A DNA stretch of 64,000 nt, taken from the NCBI RefSeq assembly GCF_006345805.1, contig NC_043000.1:92318001-92382000 (forward strand). The letters are read 5' to 3'. The DNA is from Octopus sinensis. Taxonomy: Eukaryota. Below are positions 25,958 through 40,598 of this stretch, piece after piece. Position 1 is the stretch's first letter. Each line of letters begins with the position of its first letter. The notes under the pieces are model-generated. The model did no database searches, was not told the origin of the DNA, and worked only from the letters and a program-made list of their open reading frames with translations. Made by a program: the position numbers and the translations under genes.

Positions 25958-26874
25958 AAATAAATACATAGGTAAAGAATCTGATAAAGAGCTGAGGATT
26001 AAATGGTCTGAAACAACTTGAGTCAAGTTGCTTAAGAAAAGTAAAAAATTCGCTCTTCTCCTCCCTTTTCTTCTTTCTTTCTCCCTTTCTTTCTTTCTGC
26101 CTCCCTTATCTTATACATCGATAAACCAGTTGCATGAGATTGTCATTGCGTCAACATTTTGGAAAAGGTTAGATTCATTAAAGTATAAATTAAAAACAAA
26201 TAAATTATTATCTATAAGTATATTATATATGATTTATATATATATATATATATATACATACATGCATACATATGTATATGTGTGTGTGTAAAAATGTATG
26301 TATATGGTATAAAAAAAATTACAAAATTTCCAAGAAAATAGTTAAAAGAAATTTGAACTCACCAAAATAAAATAAACACAAAATTCTTTTAAAATGTAAT
26401 GGAATTTCTCAAAATGATAACTCACACAATTGAAATTATTTTCAGTTTATATTCTTAATTTTGCTCACTTACCATAATTATTATGTTCTCTCTCGTTACT
26501 TTTTAATACATGTATATATAAATATGTATATATTTATATGTAAGTTGATATACATGATATATATTTTACTTATATATATTTTATTTCCTGAATCATTTCT
26601 TTATATAAATAATTATATAACATCGATTCATTGTTTTTGTGCCTTAGTTGAATGTTCAACATTGTTTTTTCTGTGTGGTTTTGCATTGTTGTTCATTCAC
26701 TTTAATGCAAGTTACTGTTGCTTTTTATAGGATTTCTTTTTTTGTTAATTTTACTCTTTTCCATTTTCTTGATTTCATTTTTTTCTTTTCAAATCATATG
26801 CAAATAAATGTGTGTGTGTGTGTGAGTATGAATGTGTATGTATGTGTGTGTGTGTGTGTATATATATATGTATG

Positions 26875-26908
<34 letters not shown>

Positions 26909-28022
26909 ATATATGTATGTATATATACATGTATGTATATATATATGTATATATATATATATATAATATATATATATATATACAGAGAGTGAGGGAGAGA
27001 TAGATAGATAAATGGATGGATGGATGGGTAACTACATATGTATTGATATATCATACATGCACATACACACACATACACACACATACGTGTATACTTATAT
27101 ATATATATATATATATATACAGTATGTGTATATATGTATGTATATTGTAGGTATGTCACATATATTTGTTATATACATAACTATAATTCAAGTTGATTGA
27201 AACAGACATGTATGTATGTTTTTACTGGGCGTTGCGCATCAAGTATGTATATTATACCATAATCATAACTTTGTTCTTAATATTTCTTTAAAAAATTTTT
27301 TTTATCCAAGATTCATAATATTTTGTTACTTTCAGATAGTGAAGTAAAAACACACACATACACACAAAAAAAAAAGCCTATCAACAACATTACCATTAAT
27401 ATCTATAACAACAAGAGGACAAGTATGACATTGCTAATGATGGTGATGATGATGATGATACTGCTACTGATGATGACAACGATGAAAAATCATTGAAAAT
27501 AAAACATTTTATTGAATTCTTAACATATTTATTAATGTATATATTTATACAATACAATTTCCTTTTTTCATTGCTGTTTTGTATCTTTCCTTGTTTATTT
27601 ATTTATTTATTTATTTATCTATTTATTTATTCATTTATTTTTTATTTTTAGGAAATAATAGTTAAATGACTACAAAAATGGAAGAAGCAAAAGAACAATT
27701 CATATATAAAATAGGAATTACCGCAAAAATAAGACATAAAAATAAAAGCCAATGTAATAGTCACATTTATGCATTTATTAGCATATGTATTTATCTATCA
27801 GTCTACCTCTGTATTCATTTATCTACTTATCCTCCCAATCTGGTGATCTATCAATCTTTTTCTCTATTTATTTATGTCTAACTGTTCACCTGTCTATCCA
27901 TCTGTTATCTATTCATGTTTATGGATACTTATTTTTTTAGTGTTTTTGCTACGTTATGCACATAGAAGCATGTATATTCTTACACACGCACAAAAATACA
28001 CACATGTGTGTATATAATATAT

Positions 28023-28054
<32 letters not shown>

Positions 28055-28293
28055 CACATACACATATACGCATGTACAAGACAATATATATATATGCACA
28101 CATATATATATGTATATATATATATATATATATATCCATATATATATACACACACACATACACACACATATATATATATGAATATATATATGTATATATA
28201 CATACACATACACACACACGTATATGTACATAAATATATATATTGTTTAGTAGTTTCTCCTTTTATCTATCTATATATTTATTTACCTGTCTG

Positions 28294-28326
<33 letters not shown>

Positions 28327-28950
28327 TTATCTATCTTTCTTTGTATCTATTTATCTATCTATCTATTTATCTATATATCTTTCTATCTGTGTATCTATTT
28401 ATCTGTCTATCTATCTATTTGTATAACTTTCTACCTGTGTATACTTGTATATGTGAATATGGAATAAGAAATAAAATAAAAAATAAAACGATTTTTTTCA
28501 TGCTCCACATAAAATATTTTTGTATATTCTTCCCAATTTATTTCATTTATTTTTATTTTTGCAAGTATTGGGAAAAAATAATAATGTTTAGTTATCACCA
28601 AATTTGACTACAAATAATACAAAGTGTTAAAAGAACATTTTTAAAAAACTGCAAAAAGCGACAAAAATAACAAAAAACATAATATTAATTCAGTAAAAGC
28701 ATGATATTATAGGTATTTTGTGATATTCACTTATGAAATGTTTTTCTCTTGGAAAATTGGCACAATATGGATGTGTGTTGGTGATGTGTGTGAGTATATG
28801 ATTGTGTGAGTAAATATATGTATATATATATGTGTGCGTGTGAATATATTAGTATATATATATATGCATATGTATATATATATATATATATATGCATGTA
28901 TCAATAGATGTGTTTATGTAAGTCTATCTATCCATCGATCTATCTATCTC

Positions 28951-28986
<36 letters not shown>

Positions 28987-30399
28987 GGTGTGTGTGCGTG
29001 TGTGTGAGTGTGTGTGTATATATATATATATACATACGCATATACACAAACACACACATATATCCACATACACATACATACATATGTACAGATTATTGGG
29101 AAAATTGAAGTTATATGTTTAAAAAGACAATTTTTTTACACTCATACTTACTACAACAATATATAAAATATCCAAAATTGGTATATTAGGTAATCATTTA
29201 TTCAATCAATTGATATTTTTTATATTTATCTTTCTATATTCCATTTTTATTCATGTAATTTTCTACAAATTCTTACCAAAAGTTTTGAGTTATTTTGATT
29301 TTGATTTTCTTTTCTGGTATTCTTTATCAATAATTTTCTTGTGGAATGTTTTTCTTATAAAATTCTTCTCATATTTTGTTTTTGTATTTTTAAAAATATT
29401 TTTCTAGTTAGCATTCTTTTCTGTTTTTTTTTTGGTTTGGTTTTTGTTAATATTTTTAGGGGTCGGACGTTTATGTGTTTTTCTCCACTTTTTATTTTTG
29501 TCTGTTCCTGGCCCACTATTATCACTGTCATCATTATCTTCCTCATAAAAAAAAAAGAAAAATTTTAAATGAAATATAAATAATACAGTATATAACATTA
29601 ATAGAAATTAGAGAATAGTCATAGCAACCAAATTAGAGATTAGCAAAATTAGAGCAATTCTTTGGCAGTTTGACCTCACTTTTGGGATCTATAATATTTT
29701 TTTTTTTCTATAATGAATTCTTTAGGTCTTGAAAATCTGTTCTGGACAGTGCCATAACAAGAGTTCTTAGAGTTCAGAGCAAAGACATTTCTGGTGTTCC
29801 TGCTTTATTTAATGGGTATGTGGTGAGCTATGGTGAGCTAAAGTAAATTCTTTGCCATAGGGTTGGGGACATCTCTGTCCCTCAGTACTCTAACTTTACA
29901 GGTAGTAAGTTGTGTCTATTGTTCTTATTATTGCCATAATAAGAAGTTCATAATAAGAAATCCTGGGGTTGATTTGTTCAACTTAAGGCAGTGCTCCAGC
30001 ATGGCTGCAGTCAAATTAACTGAAACAAGTAAAAGAATAAAAAAAATTTTTTAAGTATAAAAAAGAATACCTTCTATATTTTTTGCCTTCTACTTGTTTC
30101 AGTCATTGAACTGCAGCCATGCTGGAGCACCACCTTAAAAGTGTAGTCAACCCCAATACTCATTATTTTAATCTACAACTAATTCTACTGGTCTGTTTGC
30201 TAATTTTCTACATGTTATCAACAACAATAACAACAGGGTCAGATTACGAAAATGGTGTACATTAGAGTACAAGACCACATATTCTGTACTCTAAGATATT
30301 CATCTTTTCTGCAACTATCGAAATGACATTCTCTACATCTGGCAGAGCAGTTAAACATCACAATTGGGCACAATTTGTGTCTGTTGTTCCAGGGAACAA

Positions 30400-30680
30400 T
30401 ATCATCTATGTATTAGTGACACGTAAAAGCACCATCCAAATGTGGTTGATGCCAGCCCCCTCTGGCCCCTGTGCCAGTGACATGTAAAAAGCAAGCATTA
30501 CAATCTCAGAGTGGTTGGCGTTAGGAGGGGTATCCAGCTGTAGAAACACTGACAGTTCAGATTGGAGCCTGGTGCAGCTGCCTAGCTTCCCAGACCCCAA
30601 TTGAACCGTCCAACCCATGCCAGCATGGAAAACGAACGTTAAACGATGATGATGAGTATGATGATGATGATGATGATGTG
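30400..30680 (+). mobile_element. Orphan RTE-LINE 3' UTR copy
   Basis: GTAAAAGCACC repeats, GTGGTTGGCGTTAGGAGGGGTATCCAGCTG, CCATGCCAGCATGG, (GAT)n. Confidence 0.85.
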
Positions 30681-30715
30681 TGCACATTTATGAGTATGCC
30701 TGTATGCTAGTATGT

Positions 30716-30924
30716 TATTATCCTTTATGATTTACGCACAAGGCCTGGAATTTTGGGGAAAGGGGCTAGTTTGTTAACCTGAACATTTAACTGCTACTTA
30801 TTTTATCATAAGGATGAATGGCAAAGTTAACCTTTGTGGAATTTGAACTCAGAATGTAAAGATGGATGAAATGCTGCAAAGTACTTAGCTCAACATGCTA
30901 ACAATTCTGCCAGCACACCAGCCT
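30716..30924 (-). mobile_element. SINE family B copy (degenerate)
   Basis: Reverse complement of the family B head and core. Confidence 0.75.
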
Positions 30925-32449
30925 ATGTTAGTATGTAATTATATAACACAGAACAACCAGCTGTCACTAATGAGTAAGCATGGCTTGGTAACATGTACGA
31001 TGTTTCAGGTGCCTGTGAGATCACAATTGGACACAGACTCCTATTACATCCAAACATGGCTGTGTGGTTAAGAAGCTTGTTTTACAGCTAAGTGGCTACA
31101 GGTTCAGCTCCACTGCATGGCACTTTGGTCAGATGACTTTTAGTATTGACCTGGGTTGCCCAATGCCTTGTGGTATTCAATCTCAGCAGAATAGACAGGT
31201 ACAACTCAAAGTGATATAGTTTGTTCAAGAAGACAATGTGCAGCTCAAGAATTGAACCTACACCCTTGCAATCAAAAACCAAATTCTTTAACTATTTGTT
31301 TACAAGCCTTCAGTCTGTAGTGTATGTGTGTGTGTGTGTGTATGTGTGTGCATAACCCATATGTGAATGTCTGTGTGTTACTGAAAATATAGTTAGTAAT
31401 AATTTCTACTTATTGATTGATGTGTGTATCTGTTTTAACACATAATATATACATTTCAAGATATGTGTTCATGTATATCTGCCCTTAATGTAGCATGTGT
31501 ATTTTAGTGTATGATGTATGTAGACTTGTATCAATGTGTATTAAGTATGCTTGTTTGCATGTATGTATATTTATTTGTAAGAATGTTTGTGCATATGTAT
31601 GTATGTGTGTATGTATATTTGCATATGTATGTAAGGGTGGTTGCATGTAACTTTGTATGCATGCTTCTTTGTATGTCTGTTTGTATGCATGTGAGCATGT
31701 ATGCATGTATGTATATATGTTTAAATATATATATCCATGTATCTATGCGTTTGTATGTGTGAGTTTGAGAAAAAAGATGTTATATAATTATTTATGCATG
31801 TCAGAGTGTATATACACAATCATAATATGTAAGCATTTGTTTATATGTACATATATCTATATACATGTGTATCCAAATGCATATATATATATATATATAT
31901 ACATATATATAGACAGAGAGAGAGAGAGAGAGAAAGAGAGAAAGGCAAATGCATGAATGCATGTATGTATGTGTGTGTTTGAGTATGCATGATTAGTGTA
32001 AGTATATTGTTCATTTGTCTTCATATGTATGGCGGTGTGAATATGTATTTGTGGTTTTTAATTTCATCAAACTCTTATTCCGCTGGCTTCATATTAACAT
32101 TCTAATGGATATGCACATTGGTCAAAGTGCATGTTACACATGCAAAACTCTAAATGCAATTTGTCCATATATGGTGTGATTGCAACACATATGCCATCAG
32201 TCATCAAATGTCTAACTTCCCCCCGTGCTTTTTTTTTTAACACATATGGAAATGCATTTCAGCTATTCATGCGTAAACCTGGTGACACATGAATTAACAA
32301 ATACACGCATGCACGAGCACATACACAAATATATAGGCTTTGGTAATACACACCAAAATTTGTCTGTATGTATACATGTATGAAGAGAATATATTGTATA
32401 AGTGAATTAAGATAATAACTTGAGAAAAAACAAAATATATTTCAGTAAA

Positions 32450-32462
32450 TATATATATATGT

Positions 32463-32500
<38 letters not shown>

Positions 32501-32778
32501 TGTATGTATATGTATATATATATATGTATGTATGTATGTATGTATATATATATATATGTATGTATGTATGTATTATATATATATATATGTAGTATGTATG
32601 CATGTATATATATATATATATTGGTGTGTCTGTATGTGTGTGTATGCACAATTATATATTTATATGCATATTAATATATACTTGTATATGTGTATGTGTA
32701 TATACATATCTATTTGTACATTATAATTTTATATATATATATATATATACATGTATATATACATATATATATATATAC

Positions 32779-32849
<71 letters not shown>

Positions 32850-32853
32850 TATA

Positions 32854-32900
<47 letters not shown>

Positions 32901-32945
32901 GCATACATCTATATATATACATGTATGTATAAATATATGTGTGTG
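32450..32945. repeat. (TA)n/(TATG)n microsatellite block
   Basis: Directly visible. Confidence 0.95.
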
Positions 32946-33737
32946 GGAGGGAGGAAAATAACAAAATGAAAGTGGAAAGACTGTTACATATACAAAACAT
33001 TTGGCACATAAAACTGTAGATCTATGCACATGCTAAAAATTATACAGAATAATAATCCTGATGATGCTGATTATGACGATGATAATTATGATGGTGATAT
33101 TGACGGTGATGATGACAATGATGATGATGGCTATGTTCATGATGATGATGATGATTGTAAAGAGCTTTATGCATTATATATAATGTATGCTTTATGCATG
33201 TATGTGCATGTTTTGGCAGTGATGATAAATTTGGTTATCTATAGTTTATATTATTTATCTATATATTTATTGAATGTCTTTTATTTTGAGACACACACAC
33301 GTGCCCCCTCCAATTCACACATGTATATGTTCTTGTGTATGCACGTGTGTGTAAACATATATGTTGTTTTTAGGCATGTCCATATGCAAATAAGTATAAT
33401 TCTTTCTGCGTATGTGTATGCATTTATTAAAATACATACTGATGTATCTTTATAAACGCCTTTGTAAACATGCATGTAGAAATACAGTGGTATTATCAAA
33501 TTACACAATCATACATTCTGGCATATTGGTATACTCTCGTGCATGTGTGTGTGTATGTGTGTGAGCATGTGTGTGCTTGTGTGCATGTATATATGTATAA
33601 TTATATGTACACACATATGTATATGGGTGTATGTATGTGTGTGTATATATATATATATGTATGCATGTATGTATGTATATGTATGTTTATATGTATATGT
33701 ATGTATATCTATATCTATATGCATATATATGTGTGTG

Positions 33738-33772
<35 letters not shown>

Positions 33773-35029
33773 ATATACATATACATATATGTGTATACAC
33801 ACACACACACAAATGTATATGCTCAATATGCTTGTGTTTGAATAACTACGTGTATATTTCCTTGTATATTTTTTGCTTGTCTAAATGTGGGTATACATGT
33901 AAATATATGTATATACATACACACATATACAAATTCATTTGTATGTGAAGACATATTTCCTTATGCATTTGTCAATCTAAGTACATATGCATATACAAAC
34001 ATACACACACACATGCTTATACACAAACACATATGTATATATGTATTGTGTAATATGTGCATGTAATATATATATGTGTGTGCAAGCACGCATTCTTGAG
34101 TTCATTGTGGTCACATGGCTGTTGCATAAGAAAAACCAGAACGGTTTTAATATGCATGCAAGGCTGTGAAGTGCACAAACTCACTGGTCTGTAACATTAA
34201 AGTATCAAGGAAGAGGTACGTGTCACATTATAAATCTTCATGTCCACCACACCAGCCCTGACACAGCACTACTACTCAAGCCCCTACTAGAAACGTCAAG
34301 CCATTGGCACTGTCTCACTCCCTCTGCCACTCTTTACCATGAACATCTTCGTCTCCCTCATCAGTATGCAACACAAGAACCTCTATGCTAGAAATGGCAG
34401 CCAATTCTTTCTCATATTATACCCTGTCATTTTGAAAAAAATAGGGCCGTATTGAATAAAGTAATAGTAGGTAAGCAATTCTTGTTAGATAGATAGATAG
34501 ATTGATCATGGTTCTGACATAGGTTTGATCTGTCAAATCAGGCCTGGGGTTAAACAGTAACAAAAAACTACCACACTTTCTAATACCAAATCCTGTATGT
34601 GGTTGCTCCAGCTGTTAAAAATAGCAGCCAAATCTCCTTGAAGTCATACCATACTTATCTCTTATCTTTTATTGTTTACTTGTTTCATTAAACTGTGGCC
34701 ATGCTGGGGCACCACTTTGAGCAATTTCTTTTAGTCAAATGGATCGACCCTGATACTTATTTTCGTTTTAAGCCTGATATTCATTTTATTGGTTCTCTTT
34801 TGCTGAGCCACTAAGTTATGGGTACATAGACACACCAACACTGACCTGCAAGTGGTGGTGGTATAGGGGACAAATAGAAACAGAAAGACACAAATAAAAA
34901 CACAAAGACACCTTCCTCTCCTATATATATATATTTCCCTTAGGTGTTTCAAGACTAATAACAATGTGTAGAACTCAATTTGCATATGCTTCTGAATGTA
35001 GCGTTAGTTAAGTACAGAGCAGTAACAAG

Positions 35030-35240
35030 AAAAAAATGACAAAGAAATAAATGATTATCTTATGAACTTCATTAGCTTGCAGCTGTTTCTGCTATAAGAT
35101 GCAGTAGGCTCATAGATGAGTGCCTGTGTAACACCTTACAGCTGCATCAGAGCATGAAACAAGAAGTGTGCTCTGATGAAGTTCATAACCTAAGGAAGCT
35201 CATAAAATAATCCATTATTCTTTTGTCATCTCTTTTTCTC
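35030..35240 (-). mobile_element. Penelope-like inverted pseudo-LTR remnant with a mutated hammerhead core
   Basis: The ends are inverted (ATGACAAAGAAATAAATGATTATCTTATGAACTTC vs GAAGCTCATAAAATAATCCATTATTCTTTTGTCAT). Minus strand CTGATGC-AGCTGTAAGGTG...CATCTTATAGCA-GAAA-CAGCTG. Confidence 0.6.
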
Positions 35241-36067
35241 ATATATGTGTGTGTGTGTGTGTGTGTGTAGGTGTGTTTGTGCTTCTATTTGTACTTCAGT
35301 CATTTCTTGACAACCAGTCTTGTTTTGTTTACATCCCCGTAAGTTAGCAGTTTAGCGAAAGAGAGAAAATAAAATAAGTACAGGGCTTGACTCATTCAAC
35401 TAACTCCTTCAAGGTCATGCCCCAGCATGGCCACTTTCCAATAACTGAAACAAATAGCAGATAAAAGATAACTGTAGCAGCCCAGGCTATGGAATGTCAA
35501 ATGTCATATCCGATGTCAAAGAAGAAGCAATAAAGAAGAGCATTGTGTGCATCAGTCCAAGAATTAATTTCTTCTGGTCTGTTACAAGGAGAAAAATCAC
35601 CAAACGTATCATTATGTATTGATCATGAGAACATTCATTTTGCATTCATAAATAAAATTGAAGAAAGATGATTCATAACAACTTTACCCATGTTGCCTCC
35701 TGCCCTTCTCCTGCCCAAGAAAAGAATTAGTCTGGGATGTGTTTGGAATGACAGTGTTCAATGATATCTAGAAAAAATATTATAAATAAAATTTAAAAAA
35801 TTAAAAATATTTAAAAAACAAAATCAATCTTTCTGCTGAAATCAGCAGAGATAATCATTCATTGATGGATTGGGTATCAATTGAAATAGAAAACTCAGAC
35901 ATCATAATATTTGATATTCAAATGAGATAAAGATAATAAAAAAAACATATTAAAACAAGATTAGAAAATGTAGAAAAGATGTAGCAGAGCCAATGGAATG
36001 TGTTTCCTTCTGTTTTTCTATAGTACTATGAAGAAATTATTGAGATATGAAACTTTGAAACAAGTTT

Positions 36068-36099
36068 TATTGTTGTTATTATTATTATTATTATTATTA

Positions 36100-36141
<42 letters not shown>

Positions 36142-36164
36142 CATTATTATTATTATCATTATTA

Positions 36165-36214
<50 letters not shown>
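36068..36214. repeat. (ATT)n trinucleotide array
   Basis: Directly visible. Confidence 0.95.
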
Positions 36215-36216
<2 letters not shown>

Positions 36217-36707
36217 GGTAACAATCTGACAGATGCTGTACAAGATGCTTAACAGTAATTTGTCTACCTTTATGATCTGATTTCAAATTCCACTGAGGTT
36301 GACTTTGCCTGTCATCCTCTCAGGATCGATGAAATAAGTACCAGATACGTACTATGGTTGATATCATCAACTAGTCCTCTCCCCCAAAATTTCAGGCCTT
36401 GCACCTCTAGTAGAAAGGATTATTATTATTATTGTTTTTATCATTATTATTATTTTCTTCCTTCTTACTTCAAATTTTGCTCCGTTTCTTGCCGAGTGTT
36501 TTCTGTACACCTAGGGCAGAGAAGCTCATTGAATGCATTTCCAGATTACACACACAAATTCACAGGTAAAATATGTATTTAAAAAAAATTAATAAACAAA
36601 TAAATTCATGAATGGATGTTGTTTACACAATGATAATGCTCTTCTCAGTACATGAGTCGTTCCAGTTAACACAATTTTTTGCTCTTCCTGTAGGGATGGT
36701 AAGCCTG

Positions 36708-36742
<35 letters not shown>

Positions 36743-37405
36743 GGCAGTGAGCTGGCAGGATCATAGCATATCAGACAAAAATGTGTAGTGGCATTCCTCC
36801 CAGTTTTGCATTCTGAAATTAAAACGTAGCAGGTCAACTTTGCTGTCCATTCTTTCAAGGTCAATTGGGTAAGTACCAGTCAAGCGTTGGGGGTCAAAGT
36901 AAACCGCAACGACCTGCTAAAATTTCAGGTCTAGTAACCGTAACAGAAAGAATTATTACTGTTGTTATTATTATTACTATTACAATTATTATTATTGAGA
37001 CAGAGAAGGTGGTGAGCTGGTAGAATCAGTAGCATGCCAGGCAAATTGCTTAGTGGTATTTCATCTGTCGTTACGTTCTGAGTTCAAATTCTGCCAAGGT
37101 TGGCTTTGCTTTTCATTCCTTCAGGGTCAATAAATTAAGTATCAGTGTAACACTGGGGTTGATATAATCGAATCATTCTCTCCTCTAAAATGGCTGCCGT
37201 TGAGGCAAAATTTGAATCCATTATTGAGGCAGAGAGCTGGCAGAATCCTTAACATACCAGGCAAAATTCTTAGTGGCATTTCATGTCTTCACATTCTGAG
37301 TTCAAATTCCACAGAGAATAACTTTGCCTGTCATCCTTTTGGGCTTGAAAGGATAAGTACCAGTTGAGCACTGAGGTCAATGCTTTTGACTTGCCCCCTC
37401 CTGCA
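36215..37405 (+). mobile_element. Cluster of four SINE family B copies (36215-36420, 36741-36955, 37007-37222, 37227-37405)
   Basis: Repeated family B head and core; each copy follows an (ATT)n stretch or the previous copy's tail. Confidence 0.82.
36452..36709 (-). mobile_element. Extreme 3' end of a Dong/R4-like element inserted in (TAA)n
   Basis: The minus strand begins right after (TAA)n with PGLPSLQEEQKIVLTGTTHVLRRAL (cf. the LQK.VLLGT.HILRR C-terminus), then a 3' UTR and (TAA)n. Confidence 0.72.
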
Positions 37406-39183
37406 TATTTCGTTTTGGGGAATATTTTTTTCCCTCTAGAATTATCCCTAACACTTTAGAGACTTACATTTGGAACAATTATCTCTTTTTCATTACAAAA
37501 TGGAATAGTGCTACTGTTTCTGATCTTTAGGGGCTGGGTTGTCTGCACACTTGTTTTTAGAACTTGGCACAATGTGATTTCCTCCACCATTCTAGGTGCT
37601 GTGATGGATGGTGCTCTAAAAACAAGAGTTTGTTGTTATTGTTACTGCTTCAGCTGGTCTCCATTGCTTTCCTTTCTCATATTTTGATTTGTCTCCCTAG
37701 TTTTTCAGGGCAAAGGTCTGTGAGGGGTTCTTAATGCAACATAAGTAGCAACTAACCATCAATTTAAGGCTCTTTGTCACAGAAACCTTGACTGCACATA
37801 GTTCCATTTTGGTATTTTGGACTTCAGGGTCATTAGAACATGCAAATCTGATTATATGGTATATCTTGTTATCCATACTTTAACCTACCCATTGATATTG
37901 CAATACAAAAATGACGACGAATCATGGATCTACCTCACTTCCAATGACCCTTATGATCAGACTTGTGTCCCAGTATGTTGGGACAAAAGTGCATCTAACA
38001 ATTTCAACCAGTATTTTGTCTCCAGTTTTAAAAGGGAAGCAGACAATATCAATTTTTTTATTATTTTATTGAGAGAATTTCTCTTCAGATATCCTGGAGG
38101 GCCTGTTGTAATTGCCTTTTTTATTAATCATTCTAAATCTTCTCCACCCTTTCTAAAGCAAAGACAGAATTGTATTCTTTTTTCTCTTTTGGATGAGACC
38201 CTATAGGAAAGAACTACCGTCTGGCTTTAAAAAATGTACCCAACTGCTTTCCTTTTATTTGGGAAAAGTGCTAAATCAAAATATCCTGTTTGTATTTCAA
38301 ATAAGATATGACTAACATTAACACAGCAACTTTATAAAAAATTTGAAATTCTTGTGTGATTTTTCATTGAGTTTGTTGTTATGATTATTTTAAAACTTAT
38401 TTGTTATACGGTTTGAAATATTTTTATGTCAATTTTTCTTGATAATGTTCATTCTTTTTTCTTTATGTTTATTTGGTTGTGTACTTTGTTTTTGCAATAG
38501 CCTCATTTGCTATTACAATATTTTGTCTTGTACTGTGTTTATGTCTGGTAGTCATTTTGAATATGACAATGCAGCCTGCACATGTAAGTAAATAAAACAA
38601 TGTCTGGAAAAAATATCCATTTTTGTCTACTCTACCACAGGGAATCAGAAACAAGGCTTCTTCTGATGATTATAATCTTTTCCACTGAGTATTCCACACA
38701 AAATTTGCTGGGGCACAGTAGGACTGACACACAGTAGGACTGAACCTAAACCCTTGTGGTAGCATATTTATATGAATGTATAGTATGAGTGTCATTGTGC
38801 TTGAGATTATATCCCACCACTGCTTAATAACCAGTGTTGGTTTGTTTATGTTGCCATATCTTAGCAGTTCAGCAAAAGAAACTGACAGATTAAATACCAG
38901 ACTTAAAATTTAATTCTGGAATCTAGTTATTAAACCAAACCCCTTAAGGCAATTCCCCAGTATGGTCACACTCAAATGACTGAAACAAATAAAAGATAGG
39001 ATGCACAGGGAGAGCTGATTGGCAAACTCATTCAACTATACCACAAGATACCTTGTGGTATTTGTTTTGGCTTCCAGTAGTCTGAGGTCAAATCCTGTGA
39101 AAGTCAATTTTACTCTTCATTTCTCCATGATTAAGAGCAGTACTTGTATTCTGAGTAAATAATGAATAAAAAAAATATATAGA

Positions 39184-39322
39184 ATAATCTTTTCTACTCT
39201 AGGCACAAAGCCCGAAATTTTTTGGGGAGGGGGCCAGTTGATTAGATCAACCCCAGTATGCAACTGGTACTTAATTTATCAACCACAAAAGGATGAAAGG
39301 CAAAGTTGACCTTGGCGGAATT
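39184..39322 (-). mobile_element. 5'-truncated SINE family B copy
   Basis: Reverse complement of the family B core and tail. Confidence 0.8.
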
Positions 39323-39666
39323 TAAAATATATAAAAATGAAATTAGTTTACCATCTGCAGTGGATTTAAACTGATGAGCTGAAGTCAATACAAGGATGTA
39401 CAATGAAGATTAAATTCAGACACGTAAGCATATATACATGAACTTAAGAATTAAGGGTAATGGAGTAACAGCACATTTGTAAGCATAGGTGTAGAAGTGG
39501 CTGTGTGGTAAGAAGCTTGCTTCCCAACCACATGGTTCCAGGTTCAGTTCCACTGTTTTGAACTTTGGGCAAATGTCTTCTATTATAAACCTCAGGCTGA
39601 CCAAAGCTTTGTGAGTGGATTTGGAAGATGAAAACTGAAAGAATCCTGTCATATATATATACGTAC

Positions 39667-39731
<65 letters not shown>

Positions 39732-40318
39732 CATAAATAAGAAGAAAAAAATTTTTAATTATGAACAAGTCACAATTATACATAAGAGGGTTAAAAAAAA
39801 ACCTACATGCAACCCTCTTACTTGTAACTGTGACTTGTTCATAATTATAAAAGTTATCTTTCTTCATATTTTATGATAACATATTTGGCCATTGATATAT
39901 TCATAAATAATCTTAATTATCTAAAAATATTCTTCTTAATGTTTTTGCATTACTCTCTACCTATATATAAACAGTTCTTAAAGGTGTAGTATATTCTGAG
40001 TTACATTAGTAGCAACATGGACTTTCTTCTTCTTCTTGCACTATTAGAGAATTTGAGTAAAATTATATTAATGTGTCCAACTGATTAAAAAATTCTATTT
40101 ATTTATGCAGCTGAGGATAGCCCTGCATTTATATTGATGTAATGATTGCATTGTTCAATTAAATGGAGCTGCTTGAAATGGTCGTACTGCATCACCTCTT
40201 GTCTTGATATCTGTTGCTTATTTTGATTTTATTCACCTTGTTTTGAGTTGGACAAATAATACCACACTGACTTGGTGCTTCAACTTAAGTACCTAATTCA
40301 ACTGAATCTCAATTATTT

Positions 40319-40598
<280 letters not shown>

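Noticed and set aside
38470-38590. Hydrophobic TM-like reading frame ending at a GTAAGT donor
   Set aside because: T-rich DNA naturally yields hydrophobic peptides; there is no clear acceptor or recognisable homology.
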